Assembly: GCA_963842085.1 (NCBI GenBank)
Contig: CAWJET010000002.1
Span: forward strand, 1,088,001-1,152,000
Length of the DNA: 64,000 nucleotides
Direction: 5' to 3'
Source of the DNA: an uncultured delta proteobacterium
Lineage (GTDB): Bacteria > Desulfobacterota > Binatia > Binatales > Binataceae
In this document: positions 48,542 through 57,867 of the stretch, piece by piece
Numbering within the stretch: position 1 is the first letter of the stretch
Layout: each line of letters opens with the position of its first letter
Notes under the pieces: model-generated
What the model was told of the DNA's origin: nothing
Seen by the model: only the letters and a program-made list of their open reading frames with translations
Databases searched by the model: none
Translations under genes and position numbers: made by a program

Positions 48542-49987
48542 TTAACGCTTTGCCGCGCGCTCTTTTTTCGCCAATGCGATGTCCGCTGTTGCGGGCGGCG
48601 CGAATCGCTCGACCAGTTTCGCCGCCAGTCCGACGTAGCTGCGCGGATTCAACTCGCGGAGCGCACGGCGCGCGCTGTCGTCCAGAGGCAGCGTCGCGAT
48701 GAACTCCTCGATCACGCGCCGATCGATTCGCCGGCCGCGCGTCAATTCCTTGAGCGTCTCATACGGTTTCGGCAGACCGTGGCGCCGCATTAGAGTCTGA
48801 ATCGCCTCGGCGACCACCTCCCACGCCTGCTCGGCCTCGAGGTCCTCGGCAATCCGCGCGTCGTTGACCTCGACGCGCGCAAGGCCGCGCTCCAGCGACG
48901 CCAGCGCGACCACCAGATGCCCGAACGCCGTACCCATCGCGCGGATCGCGGTGCTGTCCGTGAGATCGCGCTGCCATCGCGAGACCGGCAGCTTCGTCGC
49001 CAGATGGTCGAACAGCGCGCTCGCGATTCCGAGGTTGCCTTCGCAGTTCTCGAAGTCGATCGGATTGACCTTGTGCGGCATCACCGACGAGCCGGTCTCG
49101 CCCGCGACTGCCTTCTGCGCGAAGTAGCCAATCGAGATGTAACCCCACATGTCGCGGCAGAAGCCGAGCAGGATCGTGTCGATGCGCATCAGGATGCCGA
49201 ACAGCTCGGCAATAAAATCGTGGCTCTCGATCTGCGTGGTCAGCGGATTCCAGGTCAGGCCGAGCCGCTCGACGAAATTCTGCGAGTGAGCGATCCAATC
49301 GACCTCGGGATGGGCGAAGTGATGCGCGTTGAAGTTGCCGACCGCGCCGTTGAGCTTGCCGAGAAATTCCTGCCGGCGAAGCTGCGAGAGCTGGCGCGCT
49401 AGGCGCGTCGCGAATATCGCCATCTCCTTGCCGACCGTCGTCGGCGACGCTTCCTGGCCGTGCGTCCGCGCCATCATCGGATGCGACTTGTAGCGATGCG
49501 CCAGCTTGATGATTGGCGCGTTCGCCGCTTCGAGCCGCGGCGTCAGGTCGCTCGCCACGAACTCCTTGAGGATGAGCGCGTAGGCGAGGTTGTTGATGTC
49601 CTCCGACGTGCACGCGAAATGCACCATCTCGATCGGGAGCGCCGCGTCGATCGCGGCAACTCGCTCTTTGACGAAATACTCGACCGCCTTGACGTCGTGA
49701 TTGGTGGTCGCCTCGAGTTCCTTCACGCGGCGCGCGTCGTCGAGCGTGAAGTCCTCGTAAACGGCGCGGAGCTTTTTCGCGGTCGCGGCGGGAATCGGTT
49801 TCAGCGCGCTGATCGCGGGATGCCCGGCGAGCGACAAGTACCACTCGATCTCGACGCGCACGCGGTAGCGAATCAGCGCGAACTCGCTGAAGTACGCCTC
49901 CAAGCTCCGGGTGCGCGCGCGGTAGCGGCCGTCTATAGGCGTCACCGCGGTCAATGCCGCGTCGGTCTCGGTTGGTTTGTCTTTCAC
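48542..49987 (-). CDS. purB: Adenylosuccinate lyase (E. coli-type)
   Basis: PIDGRY, TNHDVKAVEY, GSSVMPHKVNPIDFEN. Confidence 0.96.
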   Translation of the reverse strand: MKDKPTETDAALTAVTPIDGRYRARTRSLEAYFSEFALIRYRVRVEIEWYLSLAGHPAISALKPIPAATAKKLRAVYEDFTLDDARRVKELEATTNHDVKAVEYFVKERVAAIDAALPIEMVHFACTSEDINNLAYALILKEFVASDLTPRLEAANAPIIKLAHRYKSHPMMARTHGQEASPTTVGKEMAIFATRLARQLSQLRRQEFLGKLNGAVGNFNAHHFAHPEVDWIAHSQNFVERLGLTWNPLTTQIESHDFIAELFGILMRIDTILLGFCRDMWGYISIGYFAQKAVAGETGSSVMPHKVNPIDFENCEGNLGIASALFDHLATKLPVSRWQRDLTDSTAIRAMGTAFGHLVVALASLERGLARVEVNDARIAEDLEAEQAWEVVAEAIQTLMRRHGLPKPYETLKELTRGRRIDRRVIEEFIATLPLDDSARRALRELNPRSYVGLAAKLVERFAPPATADIALAKKERAAKR

Positions 49988-50052
49988 CTGGTGCTGATGA
50001 AACTAAATTACGTGGGATCGGTGGCGCAATCGAGAGGGTGGGTCGATCGCGT

Positions 50053-50496
50053 TCAGCGGCCGGTATGGCCGAAACCGCCGGGACCGCGCGAGCTTGGCGC
50101 GAGTTCATCGACCTCGACAATGTCGGCGCGGACGACGGGCGCGATGACGAGTTGGGCGATTCGATCTCCGGGTTTGATCACGATCGGCTGCTCGCCCAAA
50201 TTCACAAGTAACACTTTAACTTCTCCGCGATAGTCGGCGTCGATGGTTCCCGGCGAGTTGATGAGCGCGAGGCCCTCTTTCAGCGCGCGGCCGCTGCGCG
50301 GCCGCACTTGCCCTTCGTAGCCGGCCGGAATCTCAACGGCGATGCCGGTCGGGACGGCGCGGCGCTCGCGCGGCGCCATCTCGATCGGCGCGCCGATGTC
50401 GGCCATCAGATCAATCCCGGCAGCATGCTCGCTATGGTAGGCGGGAAGCGGCAGCGTGCTTTTGCGCACGCGCGCAATTTTCACCGTCGGTCGCAT
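50053..50496 (-). CDS. dut: dUTP diphosphatase
   Basis: [34 protein letters not shown]. Confidence 0.97.
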   Translation of the reverse strand: MRPTVKIARVRKSTLPLPAYHSEHAAGIDLMADIGAPIEMAPRERRAVPTGIAVEIPAGYEGQVRPRSGRALKEGLALINSPGTIDADYRGEVKVLLVNLGEQPIVIKPGDRIAQLVIAPVVRADIVEVDELAPSSRGPGGFGHTGR

Positions 50497-50548
50497 CGAT
50501 GCAATCTCGTATGGCGAATTGTACGCGCGATGGCAAGCGCTCTGCTGA

Positions 50549-50617
50549 TGCCGCAGAACCCTCACTACCGGCCGCTGCGCGGTCGGCCCCCTCTCCCGTA
50601 AAAGTAACGGGCGAGGT
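50549..50617 (+). repeat. REP-like repeat family B, copy 3
   Basis: TGCCGCAGAACCCTCAC...CTCTCCCGTAAAAGTAACGGGCGAGGT. Confidence 0.8.
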
Positions 50618-50628
50618 AAGAGTCGGAA

Positions 50629-51891
50629 TTACGCCAGCGGGGCGAAGACTTCGCGGCCGATTTTGCGGCCCTTCAGATCGCCTAGCAGGACCATCGCGAG
50701 CTTGTCGGGCTGGAACCAGGTCGACGCCAGCTCGACGATGTTGTCGTTGGTGACGGCTTCGATTCCTACTGATAGCTCTTCCAACGAGACGTCGCGGCGG
50801 AAGTAGATCTCGTTGCGCGCCAGTCGGTTCATGCGGCTGTCGGTGGATTCCATCCCGAGCAGCATGTTGCCTTGCAGTTGGCTCTTGGCGCGCGCGAGTT
50901 CGGCCGGGTCGAGGCCGGCGCGCTCTACCTTTCGGAGTTCGGCGACGGTGACTTCGAGCACCTCATCGACCCATTCCGGATTGGTGCCGGCATAGACACC
51001 GAAATATCCCGAATCGATGAACGACGAGATGAACGAGTAGATGCTGTAGACGCGGCCGCGCTTCTCGCGCACTTCCTGGAACAGCCGCGACGACATCCCG
51101 CCACCGAGCGCGGTGTTGAGCACGTAGCCTGCGTAGCGGAGCGGATGCGACTGGCTGATGCCGGGGCCGCCGATGCAGATGTGCGCCTGCTCGAGCTTCT
51201 TTTCGCGGTTCATCAAAAATGGACGGGCTGCGGGCGGCGAGAATTTTTCGACCTTGCCGTCACCGACGACACCGCCGAACAGACCTGCGCATTTCGCGGT
51301 CAGGCGTTCGTGCTCGACCTGGCCGGCGGCGGCGATAAAGACGCGGCTGGAGCGGTAGCGCGCCGCCATGAACGAGATCAGCTGCTCGCGGTCTATTTTA
51401 TTGACCGTCTCGGCCGAGCCGAAGATCGGCAGCGCGAGCGGATGCCCCTTCCAGAAATTTTCGGTGAACAGGTCGTGGATGAAATCGTCGGGCGTGTCTT
51501 CGGCCTGCGAGATTTCCTGCAGGACGACCTGGCGCTCGCGCTCTATCTCGGCGGGATCGAAAACCGAGTCAAGAAAAATGTCCGCCAGCACCTCGGTCGC
51601 CATCTCGAGGTCCTTGCCGAGCACCTTGGCGTAATAGCAGGTGTACTCCTTGCCGGTGAAGGCGTTAAGCACGCCGCCGACGGCGTCGAAGGCCTCGGCA
51701 ATTTGCGCGGCGGTGCGCTTTTTGGTGCCCTTGAACAGCAGATGCTCAATGAAATGCGAGGTGCCGTTTTCGTGCGGGTCCTCGTAACGCGAGCCGTTCT
51801 CGACCCAGATGCCGATCGACGACGACACCACCTGCGGCATCGCCTCGGTGAGAACTCGCACACCGTTTCCTATGACACTCTTTTGAATCAT
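50629..51891 (-). CDS. M16 family zinc peptidase
   Basis: HFIEH inverted motif, NAFT, LGGGMSSRLFQEVREKRG; usual position after pnp. Confidence 0.93.
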   Translation of the reverse strand: MIQKSVIGNGVRVLTEAMPQVVSSSIGIWVENGSRYEDPHENGTSHFIEHLLFKGTKKRTAAQIAEAFDAVGGVLNAFTGKEYTCYYAKVLGKDLEMATEVLADIFLDSVFDPAEIERERQVVLQEISQAEDTPDDFIHDLFTENFWKGHPLALPIFGSAETVNKIDREQLISFMAARYRSSRVFIAAAGQVEHERLTAKCAGLFGGVVGDGKVEKFSPPAARPFLMNREKKLEQAHICIGGPGISQSHPLRYAGYVLNTALGGGMSSRLFQEVREKRGRVYSIYSFISSFIDSGYFGVYAGTNPEWVDEVLEVTVAELRKVERAGLDPAELARAKSQLQGNMLLGMESTDSRMNRLARNEIYFRRDVSLEELSVGIEAVTNDNIVELASTWFQPDKLAMVLLGDLKGRKIGREVFAPLA

Positions 51892-51898
51892 TCGACGA

Positions 51899-53992
51899 CT
51901 ACTTGTCCTTGTCCGGTTCCTGCTGGGCCTCGCGCATCGAGAGCCGAATTTTGCCGCTGCGATCGACGTCGAGCACCTTGACGTTGATCTCGTCGCCTTC
52001 GTGCAGCACGTCCTCGACGCGGCGGATGCGCTCGTTCGAGATTTGCGAGATGTGGAGCAGACCGTCGGTGCCCGGCATTATCTCGACAAAGGCGCCGAAC
52101 TCGACGATCTTGCGGACCGTGCCGTGATAGATCTTGCCGACCTCGGGCTCGGCGGTGATGGCCTGGATCATGCTGATCGCTTTTTCCATCGCGGTCCCGT
52201 CCGCCGACGCGATCAGCACCGTGCCGTCGTCCTCAATATCGATCTTGCAGCCGGTCTGCTCGACCAGTCCGCGGATGACCTTGCCGCCGGGGCCGATCAC
52301 TTCGCGAATCTTGTCGGGCTTGATGTGCAGCGTGACGATTCGCGGCGCGTAGCTGGAGACGTCCTTGCGCGCCGTGGGCAGCGCCTTTTCCATCACGCCG
52401 AGGATGAACAGACGCGCGTCGCGCGCCTGATGCAGCGCCTGGCGCATAATGTCCTTGGACACGCCACCGGCCTTGTTGTCCATCTGGATCGCAGTAACGC
52501 CGGCCTTGGTGCCGGCGACCTTGAAGTCCATGTCGCCGAGGTGGTCCTCGTCGCCGAGGATGTCGGTCAGCACGCGGACCTTGTCGCCTTCCTTGACCAG
52601 GCCCATCGCGATGCCCGCGACCGGGGACTTGGTGGGCACGCCTGCATCCATCAACGCCAGGCTGCCGCCGCATACGGTGGCCATCGAGGAGCTGCCGTTG
52701 GATTCGAGCACGTCCGACACGACGCGAATCGTGTACGGGAAGTCGTCTTCGTTGGGAAGTATGGGTGCGAGCGCGCGTTCGGCGAGCGCGCCGTGGCCGA
52801 TTTCTCGCCGCGAGGGCGCGCGCAGAAACTTCACCTCGCCGGTTGAGAACGGCGGGAAGTTGTAATGCAGCATGAACTTCTTGAAACGCTCGCCAAGCAG
52901 CGCGTCGATCTTTTGTTCGTCGGACGACGTGCCGAGCGTGACGGTCGCGAGCGCCTGGGTCTCGCCGCGCGTGAACACCGCGGAGCCATGCGTGCGCGGG
53001 AGGACCTGCACGTCGGCGCTGACCTGGCGGATGTCGGTGGACTTGCGATCGTCGATTCGCTTGTCGTCGTCGAGGATCGCGAGCCGAACGCGAGTGCGCA
53101 CCAGGTAGTCGCAGGCGTCGACGATTTCCGCGTTGCGATCGGGAAACTTCTCGCCGAGCTCCGCCACGACCTTGTCGCTGACCGCGTACAGCGCGGCCGC
53201 GCGCTCCTTCTTGCCCTTGGTGGCAAGCGCTTTCTCGATTCCGTCGCCGATGCTCTTTTCGACGGCCGCCAACAGGGCCGCGTCGCGCTGCTTGACGGCG
53301 AATTCGCGCTTGGGCTTGCCCGCGCGCCGGCGCAATTCTTCCTGCATCGCGAACAGCGGCTGCATCGCCTCATGCGCCGTGAACAGCGCCTCGAGGATCG
53401 CCTCTTCGTCAACGATCTGCGCGCCGCCCTCGAGCATCATGATCGACTCGGGGTTGGCCGCGACGACCAGAGAGACGTCGCTGCCTTCGAGCTCGGTGTG
53501 GGTGGGATTGACGACAACTTTACCATCGACGCGGCCCATCCGGACCGACGCAACCGGGCCGTGGTGCGGAATGTCCGAGACCAGCAGCGCAGCCGAGGCC
53601 GCGATCAGCGAGAGCATGTCGGGATCGTTGTCGCGATCGGCGGACAGCACAGTGACGATTATTTGGGTTTCGCGATCGTAGCCCTTGGGAAACAGCGGAC
53701 GCATCGCGCGGTCGATCAGGCGCGAGGTGAGAATCTCTTTCTCGGAGGCGCGCCCTTCGCGCTTGAAAAAACCGCCGGGAATCTTGCCGGCCGCAAACGT
53801 CTTCTCGACGTAATCCACCGTGAGCGGCAGGAAGTCCATGTTGGGCCGCGCTTCGTACTGCGAGACCGCGGTCGCGAGGACTACGGTCTCGCCGTAGCTC
53901 GCGAGCACGCTGCCATGAGCCTGCTTGGCCAGGCGGCCGGTTTCGAGCGACAGCTTGCGCCCCGCAAAATCAATTTCGAGTTTTTCGTACAT
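51899..53992 (-). CDS. pnp: Polyribonucleotide nucleotidyltransferase
   Basis: FFKREG, RREIGHG, GDMDFKVAG, KH and S1 domains. Confidence 0.98.
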   Translation of the reverse strand: MYEKLEIDFAGRKLSLETGRLAKQAHGSVLASYGETVVLATAVSQYEARPNMDFLPLTVDYVEKTFAAGKIPGGFFKREGRASEKEILTSRLIDRAMRPLFPKGYDRETQIIVTVLSADRDNDPDMLSLIAASAALLVSDIPHHGPVASVRMGRVDGKVVVNPTHTELEGSDVSLVVAANPESIMMLEGGAQIVDEEAILEALFTAHEAMQPLFAMQEELRRRAGKPKREFAVKQRDAALLAAVEKSIGDGIEKALATKGKKERAAALYAVSDKVVAELGEKFPDRNAEIVDACDYLVRTRVRLAILDDDKRIDDRKSTDIRQVSADVQVLPRTHGSAVFTRGETQALATVTLGTSSDEQKIDALLGERFKKFMLHYNFPPFSTGEVKFLRAPSRREIGHGALAERALAPILPNEDDFPYTIRVVSDVLESNGSSSMATVCGGSLALMDAGVPTKSPVAGIAMGLVKEGDKVRVLTDILGDEDHLGDMDFKVAGTKAGVTAIQMDNKAGGVSKDIMRQALHQARDARLFILGVMEKALPTARKDVSSYAPRIVTLHIKPDKIREVIGPGGKVIRGLVEQTGCKIDIEDDGTVLIASADGTAMEKAISMIQAITAEPEVGKIYHGTVRKIVEFGAFVEIMPGTDGLLHISQISNERIRRVEDVLHEGDEINVKVLDVDRSGKIRLSMREAQQEPDKDK

Positions 53993-54148
53993 TAGTGATA
54001 CCTGAGGGAGGACTGAGGCCGCGCGACGATTGCGGTTTTTTCACTGCCCGCGTGGCGTCACAGGGGACGCGCCTTGTTACCTGCCAGGGTGGCAGCCAAG
54101 GCCCGCGCGCCCGGTGCGTTGAGGGCGTCGCGGCAGAATATGTGCGGC

Positions 54149-54418
54149 CTACCTCCGGATGCCGAGCTTTTCGATCAGCCCTTTGTAGCGCGTGAAATCG
54201 CGCGAATGCAGGTAATCAAGCAGGCGACGACGCTTGCCGACCAATCGCAAAAGACCGCGGCGCGTGTGATGATCCTTTTTGTGCGCCGCGAGATGCTCGG
54301 TCAACTGGTCGATCCGGGCCGAGAGCAGCGCGACCTGAACTTCAGGCGAGCCACTGTCGTTGCTGGTTCGAGCGTTGGCTTGGATGACTTCCCGCTTTCG
54401 GGCTGCTGGCAGAGGCAT
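54149..54418 (-). CDS. rpsO: 30S ribosomal protein S15
   Basis: [27 protein letters not shown]. Confidence 0.98.
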   Translation of the reverse strand: MPLPAARKREVIQANARTSNDSGSPEVQVALLSARIDQLTEHLAAHKKDHHTRRGLLRLVGKRRRLLDYLHSRDFTRYKGLIEKLGIRR

Positions 54419-54502
54419 TCGGAGTTCTTACTTTCCCTTTTCCTTTATCTTAGCCGACCAAAATAACAGAGCCGGCAGGGGGAGTAAAGGCAGGGGGAGC
54501 CG

Positions 54503-54800
54503 TGGCATTCTAAACGCAGCGAGCAACGCGAGCGCGGAGAAGAATCTCGGACAGCGGCGCGGTAAGCGCCGCCGGTTCCGGTTTTGCGTGGCTGCGTCCA
54601 ATGAGAGCGCCGGAGGTTTGCGCGAGCGACAGCGCCAACCAAGGACCGCTTCGCGATTTCTAAACCGGTACCGGCTTCGCTGGCGCGAAGCTGTCCGAGG
54701 TCCCTCCGCCCGTCGCTAACGCTCCCGTCGTCGGGATGACAAACTGTGGCGCGTTGCTCCTTCGGTCAGGATGACACCAAAAAATTCGGTCAGGATGACA
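54503..54800. repeat. Composite repeat: inverted family C pair (54503-54586 and 54641-54741) plus two 16-bp direct repeats TTCGGTCAGGATGACA
   Basis: Direct visual alignment to 39468-39568; direct repeats at 54761-54776 and 54785-54800. Confidence 0.8.
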
Positions 54801-54838
54801 GCAAAAAGGTGGACGGAAGAAATTTGCAAAGTGCGGGA

Positions 54839-55732
54839 TCAGGCTTCGAGATTGAAAATTCGCTCGACTATCGCCGTTACTCGCGAGGTTGCGCGCGCTA
54901 CTGCGATCAACTCGCCATGTTGCGAAATCACCTTGAAGAGCGACGCGCCTTGGGGAACCTGGGAATCCAGCACGCGGGAGTCGCCGTTGCGCAGGCGTTT
55001 TTCGTCGGCGATATCGACCACCAGCTCCGGCATGCCGACGAGCGCGGCGCGAGGAGAAATCAGACGCAGCGTCGGCGCGCCGGAATCGAGCGCGGCGAGG
55101 ACGTCTGCGAGCGGCATCGCGTCGGTGAGCGAGAACGCGCCGTTGCGGGTGCGGCGGAGTTGCTCGAGATGCGCGACCGTCCCGAGTGCGACGCCGAGAT
55201 CGCGCGCGAGCGCGCGAGCATAAGTGCCGGGGGAGCATGTCGCGACGAATCGAATCGCGGCGGGCGCTTCGTAGGTGAGATCGAGGCGCTTGATCTCGAC
55301 GCTACGTCTCTCGGGCGGTGCAACATCGTCGCCGCGGCGCGCGAGCCGGTAGAGTGGCACGCCGGCGCGTTTGATCGCGGAGTACACCGGAGGAACCTGC
55401 TCGATCGCGCCGGTGAACCGGGCGGCGACTCGCGCGAGTTTCTCGGCAGAGATCTCGGGCACCTTGGCCCGGCGGACGACGGCGCCGTCGCGATCGAGCG
55501 TGTCGGTCTCGACGCCAAGCCGGATCAGGCCCGCGTACTGCTTGTCGCCGCCGTCGATAAACGGCGCCAGCTTGGTCGCTTCGCCAATCATGATCGGCAG
55601 CAGCCCGGTCGCGAACGGATCGAGCGTGCCGAGATGTCCGACGCGAGCCGGCTTCACGCGCGATTTGACGCGGCGCACCACTTCTGCCGACGAGATTCCA
55701 GCAGGCTTATCCACCAACAAGATTGCGTTCAT
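54839..55732 (-). CDS. truB: tRNA pseudouridine(55) synthase
   Basis: VDKPAG, GHLGTLDPFATG, QVPPVYSAIK, CSPGTYAR. Confidence 0.96.
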   Translation of the reverse strand: MNAILLVDKPAGISSAEVVRRVKSRVKPARVGHLGTLDPFATGLLPIMIGEATKLAPFIDGGDKQYAGLIRLGVETDTLDRDGAVVRRAKVPEISAEKLARVAARFTGAIEQVPPVYSAIKRAGVPLYRLARRGDDVAPPERRSVEIKRLDLTYEAPAAIRFVATCSPGTYARALARDLGVALGTVAHLEQLRRTRNGAFSLTDAMPLADVLAALDSGAPTLRLISPRAALVGMPELVVDIADEKRLRNGDSRVLDSQVPQGASLFKVISQHGELIAVARATSRVTAIVERIFNLEA

Positions 55733-55816
55733 GGCGAGATCCGTGACCTTAGCCGATAGCGACGCGGCGCTTAAGACTATTCGATCCACCCGGACGGCAG
55801 CGATACGATCGCATTC

Positions 55817-57133
55817 GTGGACGCCTCGTCATCTATTGCAAAACATGTCGTGATCATCGGCGGCGGGTTCGGCGGAATCGCGGCGGCACGGGCGCTCAAG
55901 CGCGCACCGGTACGGCTGACGATGATCGACCGTCGCAACCATCACCTGTTCCAGCCGTTGCTGTACCAGGTGGCGACGGCGGCGCTGAATCCGAGCGATA
56001 TCGCGTCGCCGATACGGCGGATTCTGCGCCGCCAGCGCAACGCCAGCGTGATTCTTGGCGAAGCGACTTCGATCGACACGCGGCGAAAGGTCGTGCAACT
56101 CGCCGACGGCGAAGCCGCGTACGATTATCTGATCGTCGCGACCGGAGCCACGCATTCGTACTTCGGGCATGACGAATGGCTCGAGCCGGCGCCGGGGCTG
56201 AAGACGCTCGAGGACGCGGTCGAGATTCGCCGGCGCGTACTGGTCGCGTACGAAGCGGCAGAGCGCGAGGTCGATGCGGCGGAAGTCGCGAACTGGATGA
56301 CGTTCGTGATAATCGGCGCGGGGCCGACGGGGGTCGAGATGGCGGGTGCGCTGGCCGAGATTTCGCGGCGCGTGCTCGAGCGCGATTTTCGAAAAGTTGA
56401 TCCCGGCAAGGCGCGAATCGTGCTGATTGAGGCGGGCTCGCGCGTGCTGCCCGCGATGTCTCCGCAATCATCGGTGAGCGCGCGTCGGCAACTGGAGCGG
56501 CTGGGCGTCGAGGTAATCACCGACTCGCCGGTGATGGCGGTCGACGACCGCGGCGTCATGCATGGCGGCAAACGGCTCGACTCGCGCACGGTGATCTGGG
56601 CGGCGGGCGTGGCCGCGTCGCCATTGGGCAAGGGGCTGGGCACCGAGGTCAAGCTGGATCGCGCGGGCCGCGTGATCGTGAATCAGGATCTTTCGGTGGC
56701 GGGCGCCGATGGCGTGTTCGTGATCGGCGACCTTGCGTCGATCTCGTCGGACGGCAAGCCGGTGCCGGGACTGTCACCGGCCGCGTTACAGGAAGGGCAG
56801 CATGCGGCGAAGAACATCATGCGATCGATTCGCAGCGAGCCAACGCTGCCGTTCCGCTACCGCGACAAAGGCACGCTTGCGACGATTGGCAAGGCGGCCG
56901 CAGTCGCCGACATAAGGGGGCTGCATCTCAGCGGACTCGTCGCATGGCTGATGTGGCTGTTCGTGCACATTTTCTTTCTGATCGGATTTCGCAACCGGTT
57001 CATCGTGATCGTCGAATGGGCGTGGACCTACGTGCGCAACGATCGCGGCGCGCGACTGATCACAGGCGACGTCGAGCCGCTGCTGGAACGCGGCGCGAAA
57101 TCAGAAGGTCGCGAACGGATGTTGTCGAAGTGA
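55817..57133 (+). CDS. ndh: Type II NADH dehydrogenase (NDH-2)
   Basis: GGGFGG, HLFQPLLYQVAT, GAGPTGVEMAG, IGD, YRDKGTLATIG. Confidence 0.9.
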   Translation: MDASSSIAKHVVIIGGGFGGIAAARALKRAPVRLTMIDRRNHHLFQPLLYQVATAALNPSDIASPIRRILRRQRNASVILGEATSIDTRRKVVQLADGEAAYDYLIVATGATHSYFGHDEWLEPAPGLKTLEDAVEIRRRVLVAYEAAEREVDAAEVANWMTFVIIGAGPTGVEMAGALAEISRRVLERDFRKVDPGKARIVLIEAGSRVLPAMSPQSSVSARRQLERLGVEVITDSPVMAVDDRGVMHGGKRLDSRTVIWAAGVAASPLGKGLGTEVKLDRAGRVIVNQDLSVAGADGVFVIGDLASISSDGKPVPGLSPAALQEGQHAAKNIMRSIRSEPTLPFRYRDKGTLATIGKAAAVADIRGLHLSGLVAWLMWLFVHIFFLIGFRNRFIVIVEWAWTYVRNDRGARLITGDVEPLLERGAKSEGRERMLSK

Positions 57134-57152
57134 GAGGCCCGGGCGGACGGGC

Positions 57153-57503
57153 TCAGTCCTTGTGGGTGGACTCTTTCAGCAGCTCATCAATGCGGGCGGC
57201 GCGTTCGAGGGCGGGATCGAATTCGAAATCCAGCTCGGGCGTGTATCTGAGGCCGAGCGCCTTGCCGATTTCGCGGCGGATGAAGCCGCTGGCGCTCCTG
57301 AAGCCGGCGACCGCGGCTGGGGCGCGCACGGAGCCTTCGAGGTGCGAGAAGTAGACGCGGCCGTGGCGCAAGTCGTCGTCCATCTTTACGGCCGTGAGCG
57401 TAATACCGCGCAGGCGCGGATCGCGCAGATCGCGCACCAGCAGCCCCCACAGCTCTCTCAAAATCGCTTCGGCGACTCGCTCCGGTCTCCGACCTTCAGG
57501 CAA
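57153..57503 (-). CDS. rbfA: Ribosome-binding factor A
   Basis: RPERVAE, DPRL, DLRHGRVY, LRYTPELDF; TTG start. Confidence 0.93.
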   Translation of the reverse strand: MPEGRRPERVAEAILRELWGLLVRDLRDPRLRGITLTAVKMDDDLRHGRVYFSHLEGSVRAPAAVAGFRSASGFIRREIGKALGLRYTPELDFEFDPALERAARIDELLKESTHKD

Positions 57504-57517
57504 CGTACTTCCCCGTC

Positions 57518-57805
57518 TTAGTAGTTGATAATTTCGAGCTGCTCTTCGCCGAGCGGGACCATGCCCAGCGAATCGATAAAGTTGACGACCTCGCGCAGCG
57601 CCCGGTCCACGAACGCGCGATCGCTGCCGACCTGCGCGATGCCCAATTCGGCGCGCTGCCACAGGTCGTGGCCGTCGGACTCGGCGATCGAGACGTTGAA
57701 CTTGTTGCGGACGCGATCCTTGATTGCGCGCAGCACCTGTCGCTTGCCCTTGAGCGAATGATTCTCCGGCAAAAACAGGGTCAGCCGCATGACGCCGATG
57801 ACCAT
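57518..57805 (-). CDS. DUF503 (YlxP) protein
   Basis: HSLKGKR, KFNVSIAE, DLWQRA. Confidence 0.92.
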   Translation of the reverse strand: MVIGVMRLTLFLPENHSLKGKRQVLRAIKDRVRNKFNVSIAESDGHDLWQRAELGIAQVGSDRAFVDRALREVVNFIDSLGMVPLGEEQLEIINY

Positions 57806-57867
57806 GATGATACGCCCCCTCCGCCAACGCGCACGCCGCGCGCCCGGAACGACCAACGAACCGCAGT

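Noticed and set aside
54761-54800. Possible CRISPR array
   Set aside because: Only two 16-bp repeats with an 8-bp spacer, identical to the REP-like terminus; no cas genes
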